DNA of 64,000 nucleotides from Octopus vulgaris. Lineage: Eukaryota. The stretch's first letter is position 1, and every line of letters starts with the position of its first letter. The stretch lies in the NCBI GenBank assembly GCA_951406725.2, contig OX597832.1, positions 36,394,001-36,458,000 on the forward strand. Direction: 5' to 3'. Shown in pieces: positions 52,858 through 64,000 of this stretch. A model generated the notes under the pieces. That model did no database searches and was not told where the DNA came from. It saw nothing but the letters and a program-made list of their open reading frames with translations. The position numbers and the translations under genes were made by a program.

Positions 52858-55081
52858 CTCTCTTTCACATGCACACTCATTCTCACACAAACTTTGACTA
52901 TTCCTCTGGTGTATGCTGCCAGCACCACCACCTCCTCTACTGTCTTCAGTTATGAAGAATGTAAAATAACATTACACGACACGTTGACACGACACATCAC
53001 TACTATTACAAAACAACAACACCACACGGACACCGCAACACTTTAATGCTAACTCCATGACACTAACACTGACTCTGCAAAACACTGCATGCCATAAGAC
53101 CACCAGATTACATCACAATCTTCAGTAATACAGAAGTATATAAGATCACATTAGTCATCTTGATACCACCGTAATACATCAATACCACTATACTACCACT
53201 TAGTAATACTAATAAAATACTGTTACTACAGTAAGATATGACATTGCTGAGTTTATTTTGTGGTGGTAGTTACAACCGCTACATTATAGTTTTACTATCC
53301 TGGTGCTAGTGTCACATAAATGGCACTTGTGCTGGTGTTACATCTAAAAGCATCCAATAAACTTTGTGGAATGGTTGGTGTTTTAGGAAGGGCATGTCCA
53401 GCCATCGAAACTATGCCAGAACACACAATGGTGCCTGGTGTGACCCCTGGTCTTATTAACTCCGGTCAAACCATCCAGCATGGGAAATGGATGTTGGATG
53501 ATAATGATGTGGTTTGGATTGCAAAGATAGTTATGACATTTCATCCCACATGGTTAAATTGTCTCTACATGTTATAACTTCCACATCCCACCTTACATGG
53601 TTATATAATGACTGTATGTCATAATATGAAGGTGTGTGGCCTAGTGGTTAGGGTGTTACACTCACAATTGCAAGTTCATGGTTTCAATTTCCAAACTGGA
53701 TGGTACATTGTCTTCTTGAGCAAGACACTTCATTTCATGTTACTCCAATCCACTCAGCTGTAAATGAATGACCTTACAACGGACTTGCGTTCTATTCATG
53801 GGTATTGTTGAGATCTCAGTCACTTATGCACCATGGAAATAGGGTAATTGGCATCAATGAGCCCTAGAACTCAAGCCAGATCATGTCCAAAGATAAATGA
53901 TGATGTTGATGATCATGTTATAATTACCACACTCCACCTCAAAGGATTAACTATTCATTGTTTGTCATAATTCCCACACTCCACTGAGCACAGATAGAGA
54001 ACCACATGTCATAACTGCCATGTAGTTACACACTACATGGTATGCGGCACAATCCCAAAACAGTCTGTGATGTATTTCGGATATAAGAGCCGTGGCCTAC
54101 CTTGCCATGAGCTGACTAGAACCACTCAACAACAACCTGATCTGTTTAGTAGAAATCTTTGATCTTTCTGTAGTAGATGTGATTTCATTTTAAATAATTA
54201 GTATAATTTAATTAGACTGTCTGCTGCTGCTGCTCTTTTCTTGGGATTCCAGTAAATATCAGAAGTTTTAATATAGAAATTAAAATATGTTCATATCTCT
54301 CTTCAATTTTGCATCTCCTGTTCCTAATTTAGTACCTCTTGTTAACATTAATTATTTCCATAAATTCTCTTGATGTCTACATTTAGTCTCTTGTAAGAAA
54401 TTACATTAGAAACCTCTTAGCTTATCTTTTAAGATTTCATTGAAAGATTCTTCATGTTGTTATCAATTTACTTCATTTAGAGTTGCCAGAAAATAATATT
54501 TCATTTGTAAATTTTATATATTTCTGTTACTGTTTTTTCTTCTTTTTGTTTTGCCATTCCAAGTAATTTATTTGTTGAATCATATCAAGTGAACATTTGT
54601 AATTGTTAAGATATGCACCACCTATATCATAATTATCCTAATGACCGTCTTCATTAACATTCTTCAATGGATTTTACTTCAATTTTCTAGGTTGGCTTTT
54701 TGATTAAACTCTGTTGTATCGAAAGTGACATACCGATTCCCTGTTCTTCGTCCTTCTCTAAGGCTTAAACCATCTTGCAACCTGCATTCTAGTAGTGAAA
54801 TCATTGTCAAATTCACAAACTGGTCCTCTATGCCTACAAAGGGATTGTCCTTTCTCTCTCTGGTCTGTCATGTCAGTCATGTGATTTTCTCCTTTAGAGT
54901 TGTTATTGTTTAACACCAGGCTCTGTCTTGGCTGTGGTCGTCCCATATTTGGTTTTCAAATTTAGTGTCTTCTTTTATTCTTTTACTTGTTTCAGTCATT
55001 TGATTGCTGCCATGCTGGAGCTCCACCTTAAAGGGTTTTAGTCAATGAAATCGATCCCAAGACTTGTACTTTGTAAGCCTA

Positions 55082-55564
55082 GTATGTATATATAATGTAT
55101 ATGTATATATATATATATGTATATATAATGTATATGTATATATATATATATATATATCTGTATATATAATGTATATATATATGTATATATATAATGTATA
55201 TGTATATATATATGTATATGTATATGTGTATGTATGTATGTATATATATGTGTATGTATGTATATGTATGTATGTATATATGTGTATGTATGTATATATG
55301 TGTATGTATGAATGTATATATATGTATGTATGTATGTATATATATGTATGTATGTATGTATATATATATGTATGTATGTATGTATATATATGTATGTATG
55401 TATATATATGTATGTATGTATATATATGTATGTATGTATGTATGTATATATATATATGTATGTATGTATGTATATGTATGTATGTATGTATGTATATATA
55501 TGTATGTATGTATATATATGTATGTATGTATATATATATATGTATGTATATATATATATGTATG

Positions 55565-55604
<40 letters not shown>

Positions 55605-55820
55605 TATATATATATGTGTATGTATGTATGTATGTATATATATGTGTATGTATGTATGTATGTATATATATGTGTATGTATGTATATGTATGTATGTATG
55701 TATTTATATATATGTGTATGTATGTATGTATTTATATATGTGTATGTATGTATATATATATGTGTGTGTGTATATGGATATTAATAGTTATATATGTGTG
55801 TGTGTGTATATATATATATA
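55082..55820. repeat. TATG/TA microsatellite
   Basis: Directly visible. Confidence 0.95.
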
Positions 55821-56058
55821 GGTCAGCAGCTTCCCCTTACTGATTCACCAACTAGTTTCAGGCTATTTGCCCCTTATCAATGTGGAGTAGCCGAACCTAG
55901 CTGACCATTTGTTTGAAGGTTTATTTCCTTTATATATAAACCTTTGAACCGACGGTCGGCAGCAATGCCTGCTGGGTTCACTTACGCCACATTGGTAAGG
56001 GGCAAGTAGTCCAAAACTAGTCTGTGGATATTGAATCAGCAAGGAACATCTGGTGACC
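55821..56058. mobile_element. degenerate palindrome with hammerhead-like motifs in both arms (Penelope inverted pLTR-like)
   Basis: Arms align as reverse complements; CCACA-TTG(A/G)TAA-GGGGC-AARTA-G(C/T)C(C/T)-(G/A)AAA-CTAG-TC-TGTGG. Confidence 0.55.
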
Positions 56059-56214
56059 TCCCTTATTCGAAGGTTATAACGGACCCAGGTTTGTATGTCA
56101 CATAGCTAGCTAGAGGCGATAACCTCTTGGAGCTAATCAACGGCAGCATTCGTCCTATTTTCCTGGACTGCCATGTTAGCTTGACGATAACTATTTATAT
56201 ATATATATATATAT

Positions 56215-57075
56215 ATAGGGGGAATTCACAAAAGACGAAGACAGGTGGTGTAAACAGATGTATTAGTGAAAAATACATCTTGGGAAGTGAAAAAGTCCTT
56301 AACGTTTCGAGCCAACACTCTTCCACAGAAAGGAACACAAAGAAACAAGGAGAGAAAATAAAGAATGTGTCGTGGCTAGCAATCTATCATGGAGAATGCC
56401 GACAGAGTGGTCACACAGGAGAGCTTGGAAGAAGTGGAGATAATAAAGTAGTGGTGATCCGAAAGCAAAGGTGCGCATGCTTGTGTATAAGAGAGCGTGT
56501 ATGTGCATGTGGAAGAGGGCTGGTGACCTTGACGTGTGCGTGTGTGCATGTGTAGGTGTGTGGATGATGGTTTGGGGCTGGGAAGTTGTCAGTGCTAGTA
56601 TGTGCATGGTGGTGTGATGTGATGTGGTGCGTGGCGTGGTGTGGTGGTGTTGAGATGTTGGGGAGGCGAGAGTGGGGAAAGTAAGGGTGGGGTATATGTT
56701 AGGCTGAGAGTGGGCGTAGAGGTAGGGTATGTGGGAGTGGGGGTGGAATGGGATGGATAGGGAAGATGGTGTTGGATTGTGTAGGGGTGGTGTTACGAGG
56801 GAGGGGTGACTATGAAGGGAGAGGGGAAGGAAAAAGGTGGGTAGAAGTGAAGAGAAGAGAAGGAAAGTAGGAGTGAAGAGATGTAGGAGTCGGAGCAAGA
56901 GAGGTGTGTAGGAGGAAATAGGTGTGAGAGGAGAGGAGGAGGGTTAGATGAACAGGTTGCATTCTGAAAGCGATGAAAATATTTTGGCAAATTAGATTTA
57001 AATGTTGAATTGAATCTAACGGTTTTTGTGTGTTTCTTAAATGGCTTATAAACACCTTCCACGCTGCAATTGAAT
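56215..57075. mobile_element. Penelope-like LTR remnants flanking a G-rich low-complexity tract
   Basis: Hammerhead-like ggaagagtgttggctcGAAAcgtt (- strand, ~56300-56325) and atgaacaggttgc...gcgatGAAAatatt (+ strand, ~56948-56985); next to a TA run. Confidence 0.45.
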
Positions 57076-57613
57076 TCGTTAGTAATCTTTTGTAAAACAG
57101 TAAAACTTTCAGTCCTATAGAAAAAAAAGAAAATTTTTATAAGAAAAAATATCCTTTATCTCAACCACACCAACATTAATATTATAATTAATTTTATGAA
57201 TTATACTATAGTCAAGGAAATAAACTCATGTGAACACGTGTAAGTATTAATACATTTGAAAGAAAAAGAAGAACTGCAAACACATATTATAATATAAATT
57301 TATTAAACATTTTATTTGTTTGCGGTTCTTCTATTTCTTTCGAACGTATTGATACTTGCACATAATGTGCTTACCTGAGTGTATTTCCTTTTATGAAAAC
57401 TAAGTAACTTTTGATTGAATTCTTAACGTACACATTACTTTGGATAATAGATAATGACTATAGTATAATTTATAAAATTATAATATTATTTAGTGTTGGT
57501 TGAGATGAAAGATATTTTTCTTAGAAAATGTTTTTTGTGTATGTTGTAATTTTCTTAGTAGTATAGAACTGAAAGTCAATATTTACTGTTTTACCATAGA
57601 TTAATAACAAATT
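57075..57613. repeat. ~540-bp imperfect foldback (MITE-like)
   Basis: Nested matching blocks gtaaaacagtaaa/tttactgttttac, aattatactatagtca/tgactatagtataatt and gaagaactgcaaaca/tgtttgcggttcttc. Confidence 0.8.
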
Positions 57614-59269
57614 ATTTCTGTTTAAAAAAAAAACTGATGCACAAAAATATATTAAAATTAATATTCTTCAATATACACACACATTTTATAACTGTTATAT
57701 TAGTCTATTTTATTTTATTCATTATTGTTTTTTCAATTAAATTATGGACACTCACACTTACAAATGTAAACAGATTGATTCAGTCTGTTTTGCAATTTTA
57801 AACTTCTCGTTTGTGATTTTTGTCCGTTACCCTCATGATGTTCTTACCCCCAAATATTTCCATAATATGAATTTTATACAGTTGTTGTTGGGTTTTGAGT
57901 TTGAATCAAAAAAATTGTAAGGATTGTTTTTATATTTATTTTATTTTTATAATAATATAATATTATGTTAATAAATTAACATAATGTTCATTTGAACCCT
58001 CCATTTTCCTTTTAACCAGTGAAAATTGGATGTTTTACATCTCTATAAGAGAAGCTCATTTCCTCGCATTGGACATGTATGTCCCTGCTGCAGATAGGTT
58101 TGGACATTGTCATGATGATGATGCTATTGAAGCAGAAATACATTTCCATGACTGTTCCCTTGTCTCTAGACAATAAACAGTAGAGCTTGTTTCTTTTTTT
58201 TTCATAAATAACATGTCAGCTTTGGAGAATTCTTGATTCTTCAGATTGTCTTCCATTTTCATATGGAGCTGGTCTCGTTTGCTATTTTGTAATTGTGACA
58301 CATCGTCAGGAAGCAGAGATAATTTTAATGAATCAACAATTTATGTTGCTTGTTATTTGATATAGTTGTGTTTGTTTGTTTGTCTGTTATGTATGACATG
58401 TGATCATACTCATAATGTAGATAGAAGCAATGAGATCTGAACAAGGTACATGTTGAATACATACTCCCCCTTTTTGTTTAATTTTTCCAAAAATTTGTTT
58501 GGAATCCTATATTTCTAATAAGGGTAATTATAATTTTGTCCCCAAAATAACCTTTCAAAATTGCACCCTCCATCCCCTTACTGCCAATAATGTTTTGTTT
58601 TTCAATTTTTTTCAAAATGTTATGCAAATTCTACATGAGAAAATACAGTGATTATAACTGTGAAAAAAAAAATTTATTTTAAATATCAAGTTTTTAAAAA
58701 ATTTGCCACTTCACTTCTTGATCTTCAGGATATCCACCTCACTCCCTATATCAAACATTCCAGACGTTTTTAAACTCAACTGCTCATTTTTGCATGCGTG
58801 GATGCTAGTCAAAGCAGCAGGCAGCACAAGGAAGACCTTGATGTAGTCACATGACATGCTAAAAATAACAGCCCAAGTTCTGAAAACAAATTTTTCCAAA
58901 TGCTTTTAAATCCCATTCCGATTTAGGAATAATGACATCTGCTTTTTTTTTTTTTGCCTCAGTGTAAGACAAGTTTAAAATCTTCCAAATCATCTCCAGA
59001 ATCCAACATATAAATGCCATTTAAGCCTTTAGGCCAAAACTGTAATTTGATGTGAATTTGTAAAATCCGAAATTCCTTGTTTTTCCTAATGGATCCACTT
59101 TCACAAGTTCTTGTAGACTTGCGATTAGTTCCTGATCCTGACTGAGACCATTCCTTACAAGGCATATTATTTAAATTCAAATTCCAACTTCATTTGCAAT
59201 ATTTTTAAGCTATCACTTCTGTACTTTTGCAAGTTGAATTACAAATATCATCTCTCTTGCACCCTCATT

Positions 59270-59308
<39 letters not shown>

Positions 59309-60589
59309 TGTGTATGTGTGCATGCATGAGTACACACACTACCCCAAAACGCACATCTTTCCACTTTCTCTCCACATGCATCATCATCATCATCATGGGC
59401 ATTCTTCAGTGATGAAAGTACGACTCCATTCAATTTCTATGTTCTCAGGTCGCATTGTGAGCCTATTTTTCACCTAAAAGAATCTTGGCAATAATGTCAA
59501 GAGAATGATGCACAGTTGGGGTCTAAGAGTCCTTATGGTTAACCGGCTTCCTTTTGTCAACGTATACCCTTTCTCTTCATGATTACCGCCAAAGAAGTCA
59601 CGCCCAGCATTGCATTTTCCCCTCCAGAGTTCATAATCAGATCCATCAACAGTCTGCTAGGTGGTATCAGTATTAAAGTTTTATTAATGTTCACTTTAAC
59701 CCTTTAGCATTCAGATTAATCTGTCAAATATAATACTTATTTAGTCACCTTGTTTTGAATTAATACTGCTTTATTTCATAGCTTTGAGATTCTGAGGATA
59801 TAACTGTTTATTTTCAGAATGTCATTGTAGGGTAGGTGTGAGAGGCTGGATTTGGCCAATTTGAATATAAAACAGGTAGAATATTTGGGCCGGATTTGGC
59901 CGGTTTAAATCCTTGTTCTGATTCTTCCTTCACACACTTCCTACACAAACATATACACACATACATTCAATGCACAGTCCACAATGTATCAGGGAAACAA
60001 TTCCACAACCCTGTATTCCCTTTACTCAGGAACATTATTCATCTCAAAGCAAACGTTTTATGTATTCTTCTGAAGGAGGAATACTTTAATGGATAAGATA
60101 CTAAACTGTCTGTTCTATTCATAAGATATGAGTTCAAATCCACTGCAAGTAATTTGTGCTTCTAAACTTTATTCTACATTGCTTCAGTTCATCTCACTAT
60201 GGGGAACAGGTACCAGGTCATCTAGGGAATGTTATCACATCTAGAGAAAGATACGTAGTGACCCTTAAAAACCTCTTAGAACTTAAGACTCATCTTCATA
60301 GCTATTTTCCATAGCCTCTCATAGTTTCTCCATTTTCTTCCCACTTTTGTTCCTAGTTTCTAACACAAAACCCATCTTCGGTCATAACAATAATAAAATG
60401 GACCCCATATTCAAATATTTTCTACTTAGGTTTCTTAATTTTGTTTGAGGCTTAATAAGAAAGACAGTGGTGGGGACCTTCTTCCTGGGACCCCAAGGTT
60501 GTTGGGAGAGAGTTATTTTGAGACCTTGATATAAATTCTTGTAATTGATTAAACACTACTGCAGTCGTCCAGTACTTGGAATAATATAA

Positions 60590-60830
60590 ACAAAAACTCT
60601 CCCATTCACTTGTGGTATATGATGATTCGACTTTCTTGAAAGCCCCCTTACTGGCTTGAAATACTGAATCATGTAGCTTATATACTTTCTGCTATGACTT
60701 CCACCAAATCCTTCTCGTTAACTATTTTCAAAGCAGGTCACCTTAGCACAGAACTTCACTATCATTGTCCACTTTATAAATAATTGTTGCATCCCTCTAC
60801 AACTCCAATTCCTCGTTTTCTCTTTTTGAT
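60590..60830 (-). mobile_element. possible decayed Penelope GIY-YIG fragment
   Basis: Weak, frameshifted resemblance to the Cys-rich...KYIG region. Confidence 0.25.
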
Positions 60831-60865
60831 ACATTTTTAGCATATCAGAATAATAATTTTCTTAA

Positions 60866-61078
60866 CCTCTTTGTTACCATATTTCTTTTGAAAAACATTA
60901 CCTCGTTTCAATTAATTTTTAAAATGAAGAATTTAATAAAATAATTTTGTCATTAAGTTGGTGTTTGGAATAAATCAATATGAAATTTTGGTGGAAGGCT
61001 TTAATTTAGACCACTTAAGAACGGAAAGTTTGTGTCATAGAAGCAGGTGTGCTTTCAGGCAGGTTGGTGCCAAGAGGG
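60866..61078. mobile_element. piggyBac-type MITE (family 2)
   Basis: TTAA|CCTCTTTGTTACC ... GGTGCCAAGAGGG|TTAA. Confidence 0.7.
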
Positions 61079-61989
61079 TTAAACCTTTTTTAAAATGTTT
61101 ATAGATTACATTTATCTGAGACACCATTATTTTAACATTGACTCTCTCTGATGCAGATGTTTTAACAACCACCACATCAATGCCTTCAATCTTCAAAATG
61201 TAGAAGAATGGCAAAGGTATAGGAGGCTCTACAAAGGTCATGGTCTCTAACTCCTTCCCCTTCACTAATTTGTGAAAAAAAAGATAACAAAAAAATAACA
61301 AAAACAACAGAAAGAGCAAAAGACAGCAGTGTTGTTTAGTGAAACATTTCCCGTTGACCTATGTTCTAAAGAATGTTTGACGGTATGACCAATGTTGTAG
61401 GCTATCAATAATTATATTAGCAGAACAGGTACAAAGTTAGTGTGGTGTAAGCTGACATTAACACAGGTGCATCACTGATTAATAAGACCAGTGAAGCTGC
61501 AACAACAACAGCTGCTGCTGCTACTGCCGCTACTACTACTTACTACACATTATTGGATTTTTAATGATCTCGTGAAATGAGGTCATCAGTATACTTCCTT
61601 TTGTACACAGAAATAGGTTTCATTTTTCTCCTTCTCATGTGCCTGTATAGGCATATGTGCATCGTACACACATACACGCATGCATGCATACATACATACA
61701 TAATTATATATATATAATACATACATACATACATATATATAATTATCTGCTGATCAGCAACAAGAAACTTGAGTAACGATGTGTGAAGTTTCAACTTCCA
61801 CTTGTTTAGATTTTTCTCCAGAAAGAGAATCTTTAGGACTGGGAAAAAATTCCATATTAAGTTCTCTCTTTCCTTCCTCTTGTTTACGCGAGTGAGTGTG
61901 TGTGTGTGTGAGTGTGTGTATTGTCTACAATGTTACATAAGTAGCTTTACACACACACATGTATGTGTGTGTATGTATGTATATATAAA

Positions 61990-62365
61990 TCTTTGACTTG
62001 TTTCCGTCATTGGACTGTGGCCATGCTGGGACATTACTTTGAATTTTCAGTTGAATGAATCGACCCCCAGGACTTCTTTTTTAAAGCCTGGTTCTTATTC
62101 CATCAATCTCTTTTGCTGAACTGTCAAGTTACAGGAACATAAACAGACCAACACTGGTTGTCAAGTGGTGATTGGGACATAAACACAGATACAAAGACAA
62201 ACATAATGGGCTTCTTTCAGTTTCTGTCTACCAAATCTATTCACAAGGCTTTGGTTGGCCCGAGGCTATAGTAGAAGACACTTGCCCAAGGTGCCACACA
62301 GTGGGACAAAACCCAGAACCCTGTGGCTGGGAAGCAAGCTTCTTATTGCACAATCATCTCTGTGT
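61990..62365 (-). mobile_element. SINE family A, full length
   Basis: Both halves present. Confidence 0.82.
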
Positions 62366-62367
62366 GT

Positions 62368-62518
62368 AGTGGTTGCGTGGTAAGAAGCTTGCTTACCAAC
62401 CACATGGTTCCTAGTTCAGTCCCACAGCATGGCACCTTGGGCAAGTGTCTTCTACTATAGCCTTGGGCCAACCAAAACCCCATGAGTGGATTAGGTTAGC
62501 AGAATCTGATTTAAGCTT

Positions 62519-62569
<51 letters not shown>

Positions 62570-62785
62570 TTGTGTGTGTGTATGTGTGTGTGTGTGTGTG
62601 TGTCCCACATCACTTGACAACTGATATTTGGTGTGTTTACATCCCTGTAACTTAGCGGTTTGGCAAAATATACCAATAGAATAAGTACTAGGCTTACTAA
62701 GAATAAGTCCTGGGATAGATTAATTTGACTAAAGGCAGTGCTCCTGCATGGCCACAGTCAAATGAGTGAAACAAGTAAAAGAGTA
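62368..62785 (+). mobile_element. SINE family A, full length
   Basis: Both halves with a central TA/TG repeat. Confidence 0.82.
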
Positions 62786-62879
62786 CATATATAAAGGTCT
62801 GCACCTTTATATACACACATATATTGTTGCTATTATGCAAAAGTGTTGTAAGTCCATAATGTTGCATTTCCAGAAAAGG

Positions 62880-63740
62880 AAAAAATAGTTTCACCATTCC
62901 ATAGCAAAACTGTTGTATGACACTTTGACAATTTTTGATATCTTTTACTCTGCAGGTAATGGGTCTGTGATACCGAGAGGCTTTGTGGCCTCTTTCTTAG
63001 CAAACAGTTAAGTTATGCCTTGTGTTAGCCAATGCAGATAATCATAATATTTTTTCATGTGATTGTATACATTATTAGTTAGGTGTTGGTGGATACTAGG
63101 CAGGTTTTTTTCTATCCAGAAATGTGCAATTCCATTAAGCCCTGTTGCTGGTCTTTTTTATAGCATTTGTGATCTCAGTGGTGTCAATATTTGACCATTC
63201 CTGGGAATCTATGTTCTTATTTTGCTTGGCTGCTTTTGAATCCAGGTTGCTTCCTTTTGTCAGTGTTTGTCACTTTCTCAGATTTTGCTCCAGAAATCAA
63301 CTTCTTTACTTTTAGGTGGTTGGTTGCTTTCTATTTTCCTTTTCTCCCATATCTCCACAGAGCTTCTTTGCATCCTCTCTGAAGCCATTTTCTGTTTAAA
63401 GAAATTAATTCTATTCTCATATCTCTTAAGTCTCCATGCTATTGCTTGGATCTTTTCTGTTAGTATTTCTTTGGCTGATGATATATCACTCAACTTTCGG
63501 ATGTTAAGCCTTATCTCTTGTTTCTTCTTCCTCTTCTTCCTCTTTTTAACATTTGTCCCTCTTTCTGTTTCACTCAGGAAAGATAAGTCTCCATGTAATC
63601 TCTTCAGTTCTTTCTCAATGTTATCCTTCCGTTGTTGTATTCGTTTCCTTCCCCTTTGGGATTTTCGCTGGGGTTTTTCACTCATTGTTTCTGATTTTAC
63701 AAATGTTGAAGCATACATCCGTTGATCTCCATTAAATCCA
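62880..63740 (-). mobile_element. R4/Dong-type LINE fragment (pre-RT region and RT start)
   Basis: IEKELKRLHGDLSFL...KEILTEKIQAIAWRLKRYENR...PPKSKEVDFWSKI, followed by decayed WLTQGIT and RPITC motifs. Confidence 0.8.
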
Positions 63741-64000
63741 GGTTAATTCTCCATTCTGGTTCTGATCTTGTGTGTGACCAGATAATCTGGCCCAAATATT
63801 CTACTCGTTCAAACCAGCCAAAACTGGCCTTTCATACCTATCCTGCAATGTCATTCTAGATAGAAATAATCATATAAAAATCTCAAAGCTATGAGACAAT
63901 GCATAAATAATTGAAAACAATATGAATAAATAAGCAGTGTAATATATTAATACTACATGACCTCCACCACTGAGTGTGGCCCATATTAAATACAGAATGA

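Noticed and set aside
58020-59230. Possible DNA transposase remnant (DAIEAEIHFHDC) and an acceptor at ~58962
   Set aside because: Motif too short and no termini identified; a poly-T plus AG is expected by chance.

Overview
This is AT-rich eukaryotic DNA dense in microsatellites and transposons. The SINE/LINE landscape resembles an Octopus (coleoid cephalopod) genome; that is an inference from repeat families, not a database hit. The one recognisable host gene signal is a 19-nt first coding exon at 15805-15823 (+; MPVRKQ plus a phase-1 donor), matching the N-terminus of L27-containing Discs large (DLG1/SAP97, fly DlgS97). It lies in a CpG-retaining, promoter-like domain (~12.2-19.9 kb). I did not find the L27 exon by eye, so the rest of the window is probably a >48 kb first intron. 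A possible alternative first exon (MKTR, phase 1) sits at 30435, and a possible spliced 3' end of an unidentified upstream + strand gene at 8.7-10.4 kb. The remainder comprises tRNA-derived SINEs (including head-to-tail arrays and inverted pairs), decayed RTE, CR1 and R4/Dong LINEs, a deleted DD37D (maT) transposon, hAT- and piggyBac-type MITEs, a non-autonomous Helitron, Penelope-like remnants with hammerhead-ribozyme motifs, several long palindromes and a 2.7 kb alternating purine-pyrimidine satellite. Nearly all long ORFs in the supplied track are microsatellite artefacts. I cannot support a new multi-gene system. The most unusual objects are a 92-bp telomere-loop hairpin element with a 6-bp target duplication and the set of long foldback sequences in the putative dlg1 intron. 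Boundaries of decayed repeats are approximate.
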